A stretch of DNA of 64,000 bases from Mobula hypostoma (GCF_963921235.1 NC_086109.1:26724001-26788000), one strand, 5' to 3'; positions 25,758 to 39,152 are shown, numbered from the stretch's first letter. Numbers and translations are program-made. Notes: generated by a model not told the origin, from the sequence alone.

Positions 25758-26339
25758 CAGACATCCCACCCTGCAAAAGCTCATTTCAGGGAGGTAATTT
25801 GCGGGAGACTCCCAGAACTTCCGGGAGAGGTGGGATGTCTGCAATAGAGTAGCTCCTTAGCAGCCAGCCAGCTAGTTTAAATAACGTTAGCTATGCTAAT
25901 GAACGAATGACACCTGTTAATCTCACCTCAACATGTTTTATACAGTCTTAACCCACCACGGGCAATAGAAAAGTCACTGTTGCAAACAGTGCAGCGAGCA
26001 ACACTGTCATTATTTTTGACCCCTATTAGGCAGGGGTACACTTTAGTGTAGTCTGGGGTGAAGTACATTTTATATTTTCTTTTTTTGGAACACTCTGCCA
26101 CTCTGACTTTTTTTGGAACTCTCTCACGCTCTCTCTCTCTCTGTCTCTCTCGCGCGCACTCTCTCTCTGTCTTTCTCATGGCCATTCTCGCTCTCTCTCT
26201 CGCGCGTGCACTCTCACTCGCGCTTGTTTTCTTGCTCTTGCGCTCGCTCTCTCTCAAAAAAATTGATTTCCGTAATATTGTATACAATTTGTGGACGTCA
26301 GGGAGCCACTATTAATATGCGGGAGAGGTGGGATGCCTG
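25758..26339 (-). mobile_element. Non-autonomous DNA transposon with a BED-like zinc-finger remnant (probably hAT)
   Basis: TIR cagacatcccacc / ggtgggatgcctg; minus-strand ARCTVCNSDFSIARGG; near-identical copy at 55592-56255. Confidence 0.7.
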
Positions 26340-27737
26340 CTTTTTCGCCCTGTCTACCTATGACTCCTCTTTTAGGGAACCGTGTCTCTGAACTCCAAAT
26401 TTCTTGTGTTCTATGACCCTCCCCAGGGTCCTGCTCCTCATAGTGGAAGTCTTACCCTGATATGGCTGTCCAAAGTTTTCACACTTAGCTGAATTAAACT
26501 CCATTTGTTATTTCTCGGCCAACTTATTCAGTGGATCAATGTTGCCTTGTAATTTTAGATAACCTTCACTGTTCAATAGATTGAGGAAGCACAATTTTAA
26601 AAAAATTGTGTGACAGAAGTGGTTTCTACTGTTGCTTTCATGAGGGAACTTGAATATTGTAAAGTGAAGCAATACTCTCAAAGTAAGGAGAAGAGACTAG
26701 TGGGCTGCTGTGGTGGAGAACCAGCACAGAAATGAGAGGCTGAATGGTGAACTGATGTCATTCTGTTCTTACACAAACAAGAGAAAAGCTGCAGATGCTG
26801 GAAATCCAAGTAACGCACACAAAATGCTGGAGGAACTCAGCAGTCCAGGCAACATCAATGGGGGGGAGAAAAGTACAGTCGACGTTTAACAATCAGATTG
26901 TCTGTTGATGCTTCAATATTGAGGCTCTCACTTGAAAGTATGGTCACTGAATGTGCAGTGTTGTGTACAGATCATTACCCACCTAATTCATCACTAACTG
27001 GGTAGATAGATGAGAGGAAGAAAATAATTAATTTGGGAAAAAAGGAAATGCTGTTTTCTTTCAAAAATGACAACATCTAATGCATGCTTGTATTGTCTGA
27101 AACTTCCATAACATTAAACAATTGACATATTAAATTAAAAATTATGCTGTGATGCATCTTCTGCAATTGCAGTCACCCACCACCAACCCCCCCCCCCACA
27201 CATCACTACCACAGCCCCCATTCATCCCAGCAGCATACCATTTTCTGGTTGGATAATGCGAGTTTGACCATTTTCAAGCAATTACTGTCAATCCATCAGC
27301 ATTCTGCAAAAGCTCCGCTGATGTCAGGAGCTTGCCATGGCTGTTAGTCCAGATATGAAATATGATCTAGATCACACCCCTTTCTGTGCAGGAACTCTTC
27401 CTGCAGTAGGTACAATAGAGGGAGTATGCCTGTGAAATATTGCACCTGAAAGACTTGTTACTCTCTGCTCTTTGATATTCGTTATTCAATGGTTCGGAGT
27501 CCTTTCCTCTGCGCTGTGGGTGGGGCCAAGAATGTAATGACTTTGATGGTAAAGACTAAAGATTGTTTGAGTTATTGTTCAGCTGTGGTCTATGTGCTCA
27601 TTGGTGAAAGGCCTACAGCAATGGCTTTCAGTCTGCTTATAACTCCGCTCCCCTTGGCCAATCATATCCATTGCCACACAATAGTCAAGCTCCACATATG
27701 CATTGTCACTTGATCTTGAATTGTCCAGAAACCTAAA

Positions 27738-27995
27738 GAATAGAAACATAGAAAACCTACAGCACAATACAAGCCCTTCAGCTCACAAAACTGTGCCGAG
27801 CATGTCCTTACCTTAGAAATTACCTGGGTTTACCCATAGCCCTCTATTTTTCTGAGCTCCATGTACCTGTCCAGGAGTCTCTTAAAAGACCCTATTATAT
27901 CCGCCTCCATCACCGTCGCCAGCAGCCCATTCCACACACTCACCACTCTCTGCGTAAAAAAAAAGACTTACCCCTGACATCTCGTCGGTACCTAT
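27738..27995 (-). mobile_element. CR1 LINE 3' terminus
   Basis: atagaaacatagaaaacctacagcacaatacaagcccttc tail, typical of these CR1 3' ends. Confidence 0.75.
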
Positions 27996-29129
27996 TAAGT
28001 CCAACGTTTCATTCTCTTTAATAGTTTCCTTGATGCCAGGATTTTTTCTTCTTTGGCATTTAATTTTAGCTCATGATTGGGTGAAAGTTACACGATCTGA
28101 TGCAGAAAGCTACAAAGTAAACACTGACAGAAACTACTTCTTGACATCTCTGCCAATCAGTCATTCAATTTACAGATGATAACTAGGGGATTGAGAGTGC
28201 CAATGAAATTAATCTTGTCCCTTATTTTGTGACTGGAATTGATAAAGAATGAAAATGCATAAAAATGTTCAAAATCAACATCAAGTTTTTGGCAAGGAAG
28301 TAGTTGCTCACAACCCAAAGTACTTTTAACTGCTCCTCAGCAAGTGATTAATACTCATGACATTGACATATCAAATGTATGTTCGTTATTGGCAGGGACA
28401 ACAAAAAGACTACCTGCTCCCTCCAAATCCCTTCTTATGTACTCTGCAGAATTATCCTCAAAAGTTTCTTCATAAGCAGCTCGGAATTCCATGTGGGCAT
28501 TTTCCCAGATCTCTGTCATATGCCACTGTATCTGAAATCCGTATTGTATCATATCCTCACACACAGGCCAGGTTGCAGTGACCACTGCCAATATTACAAT
28601 GAGTGTTCTGAATGTTCAGCTGTAATTATAACAAGTGTGTAACTGAAGACCAGCCTCAAACTTAAATGGTGTTTATCAAATGTTGGCTCAATTGCTTGAA
28701 TCAGACGAATTATCAGAAGAATTCAATTGCTTGATTCAGAAGAGTTGCCTGTGCTTTTTCATTCTCCCACACAGTGAATGCAATTATTTTGATGGGTAGA
28801 TAGTCTTAATTACCACTTTGTTAATCAATAAAACAGTCTATGCTTTGTGGGATTTCAAATGATTACCTGTAACATGTACTCTTTTTAATTTCAAATGTCT
28901 AAATCAAATTATGGTTGAAAAATAAAAAAGCCTGCTATGATTTTTTTTATTAGAATTGTATCATGTTAGTTGATAGTTTTTTACACACGGGAAATCATGA
29001 TCTAATTCTTGGTGCATTGGGTCAGTTTAATTTCTCTAAATTGGAATATACCATGTTTGGAATTTGGGGCTTGTGTGGGTGAATATGGTTGAGTAATTGT
29101 GATCTCTGGAAATGGAGTCAGGACTGCTC

Positions 29130-29560
29130 ACTCTTGCAATTTTACCTTCTTTATGCAAAAAATGTGACTTGAATTTCTTTAATGCCTCTCACATTGATCT
29201 CAGAAAGACCCACAGTTCCTTATTGTGAATGAAGTACATCGGGTAGAATAGTGACAACTGAGTCATGTGCAGTAAATTCCATGAAGAGTAGGCGGATAGT
29301 GGTTAGATAATCTGTGTTAATAACTTTCGATAAGGGGTAGCAAAAGCAGCAGCTCTTCACAATGGCGCCATGGGATCACTTGCATCAATTCATGAGAGCA
29401 GACAAAGACTTGATTTAACATTTAATCTAAATTCCGACATCTCTTAATGTGTAAGATTTCCTCAGCGCTGCACTGTTGTGTTAAATGTTTATGCTGAAGG
29501 CTCTGAGGTGGAACAATCTCTTGATGGAGCGATGAGAGTGTTAGTGCCAGAGTCCTAGCC
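29130..29560 (-). mobile_element. Ancient Deu-domain SINE relic (SacSINE1/AmnSINE-like)
   Basis: gccatgggatc...gagagcagac...gatttaac...ctcagcgctgcactg resembles the reverse-complemented Deu domain (from recall); heavily diverged. Confidence 0.55.
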
Positions 29561-29624
29561 AACAGGATGAAGTTCTTCTTATGTAATACAGAGTCAATCA
29601 ACTAATGCAGCTGCAAGTGAGGAA

Positions 29625-31822
29625 GTCTCTCCGAAGTTTTGTCAACGTATCCAGATAAGCACATGGGGAGATAGCATACTCGACCACTGCAACTCTCCCT
29701 TCCGCAGCGGCTCCTTTGCCCGCCATTTGGAAAATCGGATCACTCCTCCATCTTGCTTCTGCCGAGGTACAGGCAGAAGCTGAATCAAGAGGCAGCCATA
29801 GTTAAAACCGTCCACGGTTGGTCCACCCAATTGGCCTCCATGTTACAGGACTGCTTTGATGACGTCAACTGGAATGTCTTCCATGATAAGGATGTCTCCG
29901 AGTTCACGGAAGGGGTCAAGATCTTCATCCGGAAGTGCATTGAGGATGTTGTCCCCCAGAAATCGGTCAGGGTCTTTCCAAACCAGGAACCCTGAGCAGC
30001 ACTTACTGTGCAACACAGAGCTTACATTGCCGGTGACCAACAGGAACTCAAGAAATGCAGCTACGATCTGCGCAAAGTCATCAAGACAGTACAGAGACAA
30101 GATCCAGGCACAACTCTCCACCAACAACACATGCAGCTTATGGCCAACTCTGCACACCATTGAGGACTTCAAATCTAAATGCAGTGGAGTTTCCCACATC
30201 GCTGCCTCTCTCCCAGATGAGCTAAATCTTTTTTATGCCTGATTTGATGTTGCCAACACTGAGCCCCAGAGGAGAGCCACCAAAGATGCCTGCAGCTTGG
30301 TGAACTCTGAGGCTGAAGTATGCAGGTGTTTCTAATCAGTGGACAGCCGCAAGGCTGCGGGACTGGACGGCATCCCAGAGAGGCTACTCAGAGTGTGCGC
30401 GGCACAACTAGCAGGTGTGTCTACAGGCATTTTTAATCTCTCCCTCTCCCAGTGTAGAGTGCCCTCCTGCTTCAAAACATCCACCATTGTTCGTGTACCT
30501 AAAAAGACCAAGGTAACATGTCTGAACAACGAGCATCCTGTCGCACTTACCTCAATAATGAGCAAATGCTTTGAGAGGCTGGTCAAGGACTACATCTGCA
30601 GCTTGCTACCACCCACACTGGACCCCCTACAATTCACCTACTGACACAACTGATCGACAGATGACACAATAGCCACAGCTCTACACACCATCCTTACACA
30701 TCTGGAGAAGAAGGGTGATTATGTGAGAATGCTGTTCTTGGACTACAGCTCAGCATTCGACACCATAATTCCCTTCAGGCTTGACAAGAAGCTCAGAAAC
30801 CTTGGACTTGACCTTGCCTTGTGCAGCTGGATCCTGGACTTCCTGTCAGATCACCAGCAGGTTGTAATAGTGGGCTCCCTCACCTCCAACCCTCTGACTT
30901 TCAATACAGGAACCCCTCAGGACTGTGTACTGAGTCCCCTCCTTTACTCCCCGTATACCCATGAATGTGTCGCCCCCCCCTCCCCACAGCTCTAATCTGC
31001 TAATTAAATTTGCTGACGACACTACATTGATTAGCTTCATCTCAAACAATAACGAGATGGCCTACAGGGTCTCTGACACTGTGGTGTCAAGAAACCAACC
31101 TCTCCCTCAATGTCACAAAAACAAAGGAGCTGGTTGTGGATTACAGGAGGAATGGAGACGGACTAACCCTCATTAACATCAATGGATCTGGGGTTGAGAG
31201 GATAAGCAGCTTTAAATTCCTCGGCATCCACATTACTGAGGACCTCACGTAGTCTGTACACACCAGCTGTGTGGTGAGAAAGGCACAACAGTGCCTCTTT
31301 CACCTGAGATAGTTGAAGAAGTTTGGTATGGGCCCCCGAATCCTAAGAACTTTCTACAGGGGCACAATTGAGAGCATCCTGACTGGTATGGGAACTGTAC
31401 TTCCCTCAATCGCAGGACTCTGCAGAGAGTGGTGCGGACAGCCCAGCGCATCAGTATATGTGAACTTCCCATTATTCAGGACATTTACAAAGACAGGTGT
31501 GTAAAAAGGGCCCGAAGGATTATCGGGGATCTGAGTCACCCCAATCACAAACTGTTCCAGCTGCTACCATCCGGGAAATGGTACCGCAACTTAAAAGCCA
31601 GGACCAACAGGCTCCGGGACAGCTTCTTCCACCAGGCCATCAGACTGATTAATTTATGCTGATACAATTGTATTTCTATGTTGTATTGACTGTCCTGTTG
31701 TACACACTATTTATTATAAATTACTATAAATTGCACATTTAGACAGAGACATAACAAAGATTTTTACTCCTTGTGTATATGAAGGATGTAAGTAATAATG
31801 TCAATTCAATTGAATTCAATTC
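29625..31822 (+). mobile_element. 5'-truncated Rex1/Babar LINE pseudogene (endonuclease end plus RT)
   Basis: [56 protein letters not shown]; multiple stops and frameshifts; (caatt)n tail. Confidence 0.92.
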
Positions 31823-32599
31823 ATAGATATATTAAAGTTATTTCTGAAAACTCTGTACCCTCAGATGCTAATCCAAACGATTCTGTGGACTTTCTGGATG
31901 TTTTCAATGCATGTAGCATTATGAAAGATTATTGAATGCTCAGCAAGTTTGATAATAGTTACGAAAATATAAAGCACTGGGAAGATCTTTCAGAATATGT
32001 GGAAGATGAACAGTGCAGGTTGATGACATATTAGCAGTATTTTGATGAATGGTCCACAGCGTGGAATATGAGCTTTGTGCCCTGAGACTCCCAGTCCACC
32101 CCAGGTGGCTAGTCATAAGCATAACAATGGGTCCAGTAATGGGCCGTGAACAGTGGAGTCACCGAGAGTCACAGTTGGAAAGGAAAACAGTTAATATTCC
32201 AGGTTGCGGGCCATTCATCATTTTACAGAAATGTTTCCATTGCAGCTTGGGACTTGCTGGAAGAACTGGCCAAAAGAAGCCACATAATTCATAAAATCCT
32301 TCACATTCTGCTTTGCAGTTCCACCTGCAGTGAATACAACAGACAACTGAATCCACATTTCAGTTATTTCAATAGTTTTGTAAAGAAAACCATCTTTGCA
32401 CTTACTGAGGTATGGCACCACCCTTAGAATATCAGACCTCCACATAAGATACATTTTCTGTCAGGATTTCCACTCTGTAGATGTAAACAGTAGTGTGAGG
32501 ATGACATTAACATGTCTTGTATAACCATGCAATTTCTTTCTCCAGTGCTCCTTTATTTACAGATTCTCTGTGGCAACTTATTAAACTTGTTATTATTAT

Positions 32600-33480
32600 G
32601 GAGATAGAGCAAGAGGTAGTCCCCTCTGGCACTTCGAGCCATGCTGAACAGTAGCCCACTGATTTATCCCCAGCCTAAGCACAGGACAATTTACAATGAC
32701 CAATTAGCCTACCAACCGGAACACCCAGAGGACACATGCGGTCGTGGGAAGAACGTACACACTGCTTACAGGCAGCGGCAGAACGTTGTGCTAACCACTA
32801 TGCAACCAAGCCGCCCCTGTTAAGGATGTAAAGGAGGAAAGAGAAACTGGAGGGAGCGAGTATAGGACCCTTCAATGTGAACATGTTTGTGTGGAGCTGC
32901 AGGAGATGGGCGAGGTCAAGTGGAGTTTAATTTCGATAAGTGCGAGGTGTTGTATTTTGGGAAGACAGATCAAGGTAGCATTTTCACCGTGATCTGCAGA
33001 GCCCTGCGGAGTGTTGTGAACCAGGAGTAAAAATACATAGCTCCCTGAAAGTGGAGTTTCAGATGGACAGGGTGGTGAAGAGGGATTTTGGCACGCTGAC
33101 ATTCATCAGTCAGGGCATTGAGTAAAGAAATGGGGAGGTCATGCTGTGGTTGTACAAGATTGTTACCATCAGGTAGGAGGTACAGAAGCCTGAAGGCACA
33201 CACTCAGTGATTCAGGAACAGCTTCTTCTCCTCTTCCATCCGATTCCTAAATGGACATTGAACCCTCGAACACTACTTCACTTTTTTAATATGTATTATT
33301 TCTGTTTGCACGATTTTTAATCTGTTCAATATACATACTGTATACTGTGATTGATCTACTTATTTTTTTCTTCTATATTGTGAATTGCATTGAAATGCTG
33401 CTGCTAAGTTAACACATTTCATAACACATGCCGATGATAATAAACCTGATCTTGATGTTGGTGAGGCTACAGCTATAGGA
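32600..33480. mobile_element. Cluster: V-SINE (-, ~32600-32820), CR1 fragment (+, ~32900-33160) and Rex1 3' end (+, ~33161-33455)
   Basis: Similarity to other copies in the window (for example ccatcaggtaggaggtacagaagcctgaaggcacaca resembles 63544-63580). Confidence 0.65.
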
Positions 33481-33668
33481 GAAACGTTAGTAGACAGAAA
33501 ATAGTGCCGAAAAGATTCCATCCAATTTCTTTTGAGTTCATTTCAGCTCCCATGTGTGACTTCATATTATAGTTAATCCTTTCACCAAAGAATCAATTTC
33601 CATCTCTTTTAAAGTTTGCAAATAGGTGCAAGAAAACATTGGTCATGTTGCTATTCATGTGGAAATTA

Positions 33669-34107
33669 AAGTACTGGGCAAAAGTCTTAGGCACATATAT
33701 ATAGCTAGGGTGCCTAATACCTTTGTATAGTACTGTAATTTTCAACGAGGAGTGGAGAATGAGTTTGTATATCTGGCAGAGCAAAGGATATTGGGAATAG
33801 TGCGGATGGAGCACCAGGCTAGAAGGAGTGCCGGGGCTGGTGCAGACACACCCAGCCCTGAGACACCAGGCAAGGTCATTTGAATCCAAACAATTCATTT
33901 ATTGACCATTACAGAATGTCTCCCACACCCTGTCCATGATAGAGACCCATAACAGAATCAGGTTTATCATCACTCACGTATGTCAGGAAATTTGGATTTT
34001 CTGCAGCACCAGCAGTGCAGTGCAATACGTAAAATTACTACAGTACTGTGCTAAAGCCTTACACTCTCTAGCTACGTATACATGTCTAAGACTTTTGCAC
34101 AGCACTG
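33669..34107. mobile_element. Pair of oppositely oriented ~67-bp palindromic mini-MITEs (33669-33735 and 34041-34107) with intervening repeat fragments
   Basis: gtactgggcaaaagtcttaggcac...gtgcctaatacctttgtatagtactg and cagtactgtgctaaagcctta...ctaagacttttgcacagcactg; TA flanks. Confidence 0.65.
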
Positions 34108-34233
34108 TCCTATATTTTGCTAGAATGCATTATCTCATTAGTTAACGCTGACTATGAGCTGTTAATTGCTGTAACTCTGAAAGTTACAACCAGATCCCTG
34201 TACTGAAATGAAGCTGATTTATCTTTTCTTCAG

Positions 34234-34456
34234 GTAGTTACTGTGAAGTGAACTCTCGGTCGGGCCGGTGTTCTCCAGGAATCTGTCGGAATGGCGGGGC
34301 ATGCGTGAACCTTTTGGTCGGGGGTTTTAAATGTGACTGCCTGCCGGGAGAGTACGAGAAGCCGTACTGTGAGATGACCACCCGGAGCTTCCCTCGGCAG
34401 TCCTTCATAACCTTCAAAGGGTTGCGGCAGCGGTTCCACTTCAGCATCTCGCTCAC
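34234..34456 (+). CDS. CELSR1: Internal coding exon (223 bp, phase 1 in, phase 2 out) of a CELSR/Flamingo cadherin-EGF-LAG seven-pass receptor: EGF-like repeat plus start of LamG1
   Basis: Acceptor atcttttcttcag ends at 34233; donor gtaagt starts at 34457. Translation (G)SYCEVNSRSGRCSPGICRNGGACVNLLVGGFKCDCLPGEYEKPYCEMTTRSFPRQSFITFKGLRQRFHFSISL(T) has six-Cys EGF spacing and the CELSR signature TTRSFP..SF.TF.GLRQRFHF. Family call is secure; CELSR1 versus CELSR2 is from recall (PGEYE and QSF favour CELSR1) and needs a search. Confidence 0.88.
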
Positions 34457-34554
34457 GTAAGTGAATTGCGCCTGATTGGGAAGCTTGTTACAGCCATGAG
34501 TATTTGACTGTCTCTGAAGCTTGCCCTCCCTGGACAATGGGCAGAACATAGACC

Positions 34555-34885
34555 CCAAGTAATCATTAAGCATCTCCAAGCATCTTTCATTCCTATCAGA
34601 TTCTATCATCTGCAGTCCTTTGTCGCCTCCACATATTTCCTCTCAGATCCCTATTTCCAATCTTCCCTCCTCCGTCTGCCTATCACTCCTGGATCCACCT
34701 ATCACTTGGTAGTTCCTACTCCGTCCCTTCCCGTCACAATATTATACTGGCTATCTTGCCTCTCCTCTTTCAGACTAGATGGTCTTGACCAGAAATATGA
34801 TTCTTCATTTACCTCAGATGCTACCTGATCCACTGAGTTTAGTGATCACTTCGGATGCCAGCATCTGCAGTCTCTTTGTGTCTCC
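34555..34885 (+). mobile_element. Old PLE terminal-repeat fragment just downstream of the exon
   Basis: Pyrimidine-rich body and gatgctacctgatccactgagt...ccagcatctgcagtctct end; hammerhead decayed. Confidence 0.6.
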
Positions 34886-36385
34886 TGTGAGCAATGTGTG
34901 AGTAGATCTCAGCTCAGCTGTCAGAGTTAATGGCTGTGAGCAGTGGGGAGGCTGTGCATTACCAACCAGCAAGATAATGATATCCACCAGATAATTTCAG
35001 TGCAAGAATAATAATGTTTAAGCCCCAGTATTAAGTAAACCTCTGCCCTGTTCATTCAGGCACTGTTCTGGGGTCATGTCTGATGATGTGTGCTTGAGGT
35101 TTTGGGTGTCTGTGGACAAGACTTGCAGCTTGTACAGCCACAGGTGATATTTTAGTTCAGATCTGTCCTGTCAGGAACAGATGCAAGCTAAATACTGTAC
35201 AAAACTCAAACACTGCCGACGACACCATTAGCTGTAAATCGAGTAGATTCCACAGATAAAACACTTTCTTTCAGCCACTAAACCCTTGCAGCTGCCCGAA
35301 TGTAACTTGAGTGTTTAACTCCGTGCTGAAAAGGAAATTTAAGGATGGGTATGACAAGCCATAGCAGGTTGAAGAACATAAGTAATGACAGCATGACTAG
35401 GTCATGCTTTTATTCATCAGGATCATGGCTAACCTAGAGGGTGTTAGAGTCATGGTTAATTTACAGGACTAACAGCCCGAGTTCTGGACCACTGATACAG
35501 AATCTCACCACAACAGCTGGAGAATTTAAACTCCTGCCATTAAATAAATTATTTTTTTTTAATAGCAAGCTTGAGTGATGGTAACTATGATAAAAACCCA
35601 CCTGCTTCACTAATGCCCCTTAGGAAGATGAATCCTGTTATCCATACATGCCCTTTGTGGCTCTGGGATTACCTAAGTGATTGATTCTCAGTTTGGGACC
35701 AATTAATGTTGAACAATAAATGTCAGCGTCCAGTGAACTAACAAATTAAAACCAAACATGTACCCCCGCATTATTGTCCTGCTTGATTTACATCGCTCAT
35801 TTTCTCCCCAATTTCAACAGCCAATCAAAATCAAATGTCATTGTTATCACTGATTGCCTTTTGACATTCTTCCTTCGCAAGGACTTTTAAAACTATTTTT
35901 TAAGAGATTGATTAATTACAATCTAGCAGTCACCAGAAAAAAAAAATCGAATGCATCGTGATTTTCTTTGTTGTCTGTTTTCTAATCAATAATCCACATG
36001 GGGAATTGTGCAAATTTGTGCTTGTTAGAAAGTGTCTACGAACTGCAGTGGTAACAAGGGCAGCTATGAATACACGTCCCAGAGGTACCAGGCAGAACAG
36101 ACAAAACAGCTCTTGCTTATTAGGAATGACAGCCACTCAGTTTGGTTTAAAAATATGCGACATTTACTTGCAAAATCCATGTAAAGGTTAGTAGTATTGC
36201 CCATATTTAAATATGCTTGAAATCTATTGTTTTTGCTCATCATAAGTGTCATTCTCAGAAGGTATTCATCATTGACAGAGCCATATAATGAGACTGAACT
36301 TGTGCAGCAGAAGGGAGGAAGGAAGGGAGAAACAAAGCACAGTTCATTGAGTTTCTCATTGTGTTACAGCTCTACATGAAAGCAT

Positions 36386-36915
36386 ACACCCAGTGGCAAC
36401 TGTATTTGGTACACCTGTACATCTCATTAATGCAAATATCTAATCAGCCAGTTATGTAAGCAGCAACTCTGTGCATTAAAGCATGGTCAAGAGATTCATT
36501 TGTGGTTCAGACCAAATATTAGAATGTGCAAAGAATATGATCTAAGAGACTTTGACTGTGGAATGATAGTTGATGCCAGACGGGATGGTTTGAGCCTCTC
36601 AGAGACGGCTGATCTCCTGGGGCTTTCACACACAGCTATCTCTAAAGAGAATGGTGTGTGTGTGGGGGGGTGGGGGGGGGGGACATCTAGTGAGTGGCAG
36701 TTCTGTGGGCAAAAAAGCCTTGTTAATGAGAGAAGTCAAAGGAGAATGGCCAGCCTGGTTCAAGCTGACTGGAAGGTGACAGTAACTCAAATAACCACAC
36801 GTTACAACAGTGGTGTGCAGGAGAGCACCTTTGAACATACAACATGTCAAACTTTGAAATGGATGGGATACAGAAGCAGATGACCACATAAAGCAGTAGG
36901 CCACTTTATTACGCC
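36386..36915 (+). mobile_element. Tc1-like non-autonomous element with an HTH remnant
   Basis: TIR-like cacccagtggcaact; DLRDFDCGMIVDARRDGLSLSETADLLGLSHTAIS (Tc1 N-terminal HTH). Confidence 0.8.
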
Positions 36916-37566
36916 ACTCCTGAAGCTAATGAGTGTATATTAAGAACCTTCCCTGTTTGTAACAGACAGAGCTGAATCATTTGATACAGATATCAATCAC
37001 ATTCTATAACCCTTGGGTTATCTAGCAGCTCGGTTAGAAATTTGTTCTACATCTCTTAGGATGTAGCCTTCTTCAGGGCAGTCAATATTTTTCTCTCCTT
37101 TCACGTTCTTCAGTCAGTAAACTTGAAGTTTTAATTCATTCTAGAACAATCAACACAGCTAAAAATTGAAATTTCAGTGGCATTGATTTATACCTTTCTT
37201 AAGCTCTTTTCCCTGAGGTTATTTATTTTTTCTGCATTTTTTTTCCACCTTGTACTTCCCGGTTAGCTGTGGGAATTGAAAAATTAAAGTGAGGAAGATC
37301 GGAGATAGTAATGAGATCAGGTCTTCCTAACATTCAAAGATAGTAACAAAGGCTTGTCATTGAAAATTAAGCCATCGTGGTTTAAGTAAGTTGTACCTCT
37401 GTGATTGCTTAGCTGCTTCTCCGGGCAAACTGAGCTTTTCAGTAGCTACGAGAGGTAGTGAGGAGAAGGTGAAAATTAACAACATGGAGCACAGCCATGA
37501 GCGTTTGCAAATTTTCAGGTGGGAGGCAGCAATTCTTCGAGAGCCTTGTTGAACTGAAGGAGAACA

Positions 37567-39152
37567 CAGGTTTCCCCCGCCATCCAAAGGTAGAGCGTTC
37601 CTATGAAACGGTTCGTAAGCCGAAATGTCATAAAGCGAAGAAGCAATTACCGTTTATTTATATGGGAAAATTTTGTGAGCGTTCGCAGACCCAAAAATAA
37701 CCTACCAAATCATGCCAAATAACACATAAAACCTAAAATAACAGTAACATATAGTAAAAGCGGGAATGATATAATAAGTACACAGTCTGTATAAAGTAGA
37801 AATACTTCTCCACAATCATTGCCTGAACTGTTCTCCGTAGCGAAAATCTCATGCAAGCGCTCTCCGCAGAAACACGGCGCAAGCGCCATCGGCAAAAACA
37901 CGGCGCAAGCGCTCTCCAGTAACCTTTAAACTATGAAGCTGCCAAATCATACCAAATAACACGTAAAACTACACAGCTGATATAAAGTAGAAATAATGTA
38001 TGTACAGTGTAGTATCACTTACGGGAATCAGGAAGACAGCGCCGAACATACTGATGACGGTGTGTTAGACTGGGTCGTTGGAGTTTGGGTGGTGCAGTGG
38101 CCCCCACCCTCCAGGCAGCGAACTGATACCGATCCGCGAAGCATGCAGGGGTACAGCGGTAGCCGGGAGGCACCCAGCACATCTTTAAGAAAAAAGCCGA
38201 AATAAACAAGCTAATTAATTAGGTGCCACCCAGCACGTAATTGTCAGCCCAGATCAGTACCGATTGCATCGTCTCTGATCTGTGCCGACGTTTATGTGTG
38301 GGACAGCACCTAATTAATTAGCATGTTTATTTCGGCTTTTTTCTTAAAGATGTGTTGTGTGCCTCCCGGCTACCGCTGCATTCTCCGCGAATCGGTATCT
38401 GTCCGTAGCCTGGGGGTTGGGCTGGTTGGACACTGGGGTATCATCTCTTGGTCTGTTTCCATTAGAACAGGTGGCTCATCTTCTCTTCGATGTCGAAGGT
38501 CGAGGTTCGTCGTCTGCTGTGACTGATGTGGAAGGCTTGCTTGACTGCTGAGCCTTGCGCATTTTTCTATCATACAGTTCTTTGTAAGGACTCAAACCAT
38601 CTTGCAAATATCCCCTAAACCTACGAATCCTTTCAAAAATAAAGTCGTACTTTATCATTGCAGCGAAAATCTCACGCAGTGGCTTCACGTTCATTTCGCT
38701 ACTGCATTTGGTTTCGATTGTTATCCTTTCCTCTTCCAATTGCATCAGCTCTTCATCTATCAGTTCTTGGCCATGGGATGCCAAAAACCTCTTCAACATC
38801 ATCTTTGTCAGCTTCCACAAGCCAAACTCACGTTATCCTTGCTTCGTTCACCACGATTGAAACGCTTAATTATGTCTAGTTTTACGCTAAGTGTAACACC
38901 CTTACGAGCTCTTTCAGGCTTTTCCAATACCTCAGAACTCAACTTGCAAATGGCTGCTCACAGGCACGTGTTAAAGCAATGCCGTTCCGAATCCGGGGGA
39001 AAGTGGCTGCTCGGGGTGCACGCTGATTTTTTCACGCGCTGCTTTTTTTCATAACAGTGAAAACTCCTGTTAGCGAAAACAGGGTACTAATGTAGGTCTT
39101 TCGTAACAGTGCGGTTTCGTAAAGCGAACATTCGAAAAGCGGGGGACACCTG
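37567..39152 (-). mobile_element. Tigger/pogo internally deleted element
   Basis: TIRs caggtttcccccgc / gcgggggacacctg followed by TA; minus-strand remnants VTLSVKLDIIKRFNRGERSKD (HTH) and LASHGQELIDEELMQLE. Confidence 0.85.

Noticed and set aside
34234..34237. Alternative acceptor cagGTAG, 4 nt downstream
   Set aside because: It would frameshift the conserved EGF reading frame, and nothing supports its use.
34248..34460. ORF-track start (GTG) and stop for the CELSR peptide
   Set aside because: These are artefacts of unspliced translation. The real boundaries are the splice sites at 34234 and 34456, and the TAA lies within the donor site.
34238..34609. 123-aa antisense ORF over the exon
   Set aside because: Shadow of a GC-rich coding exon; no recognisable protein.
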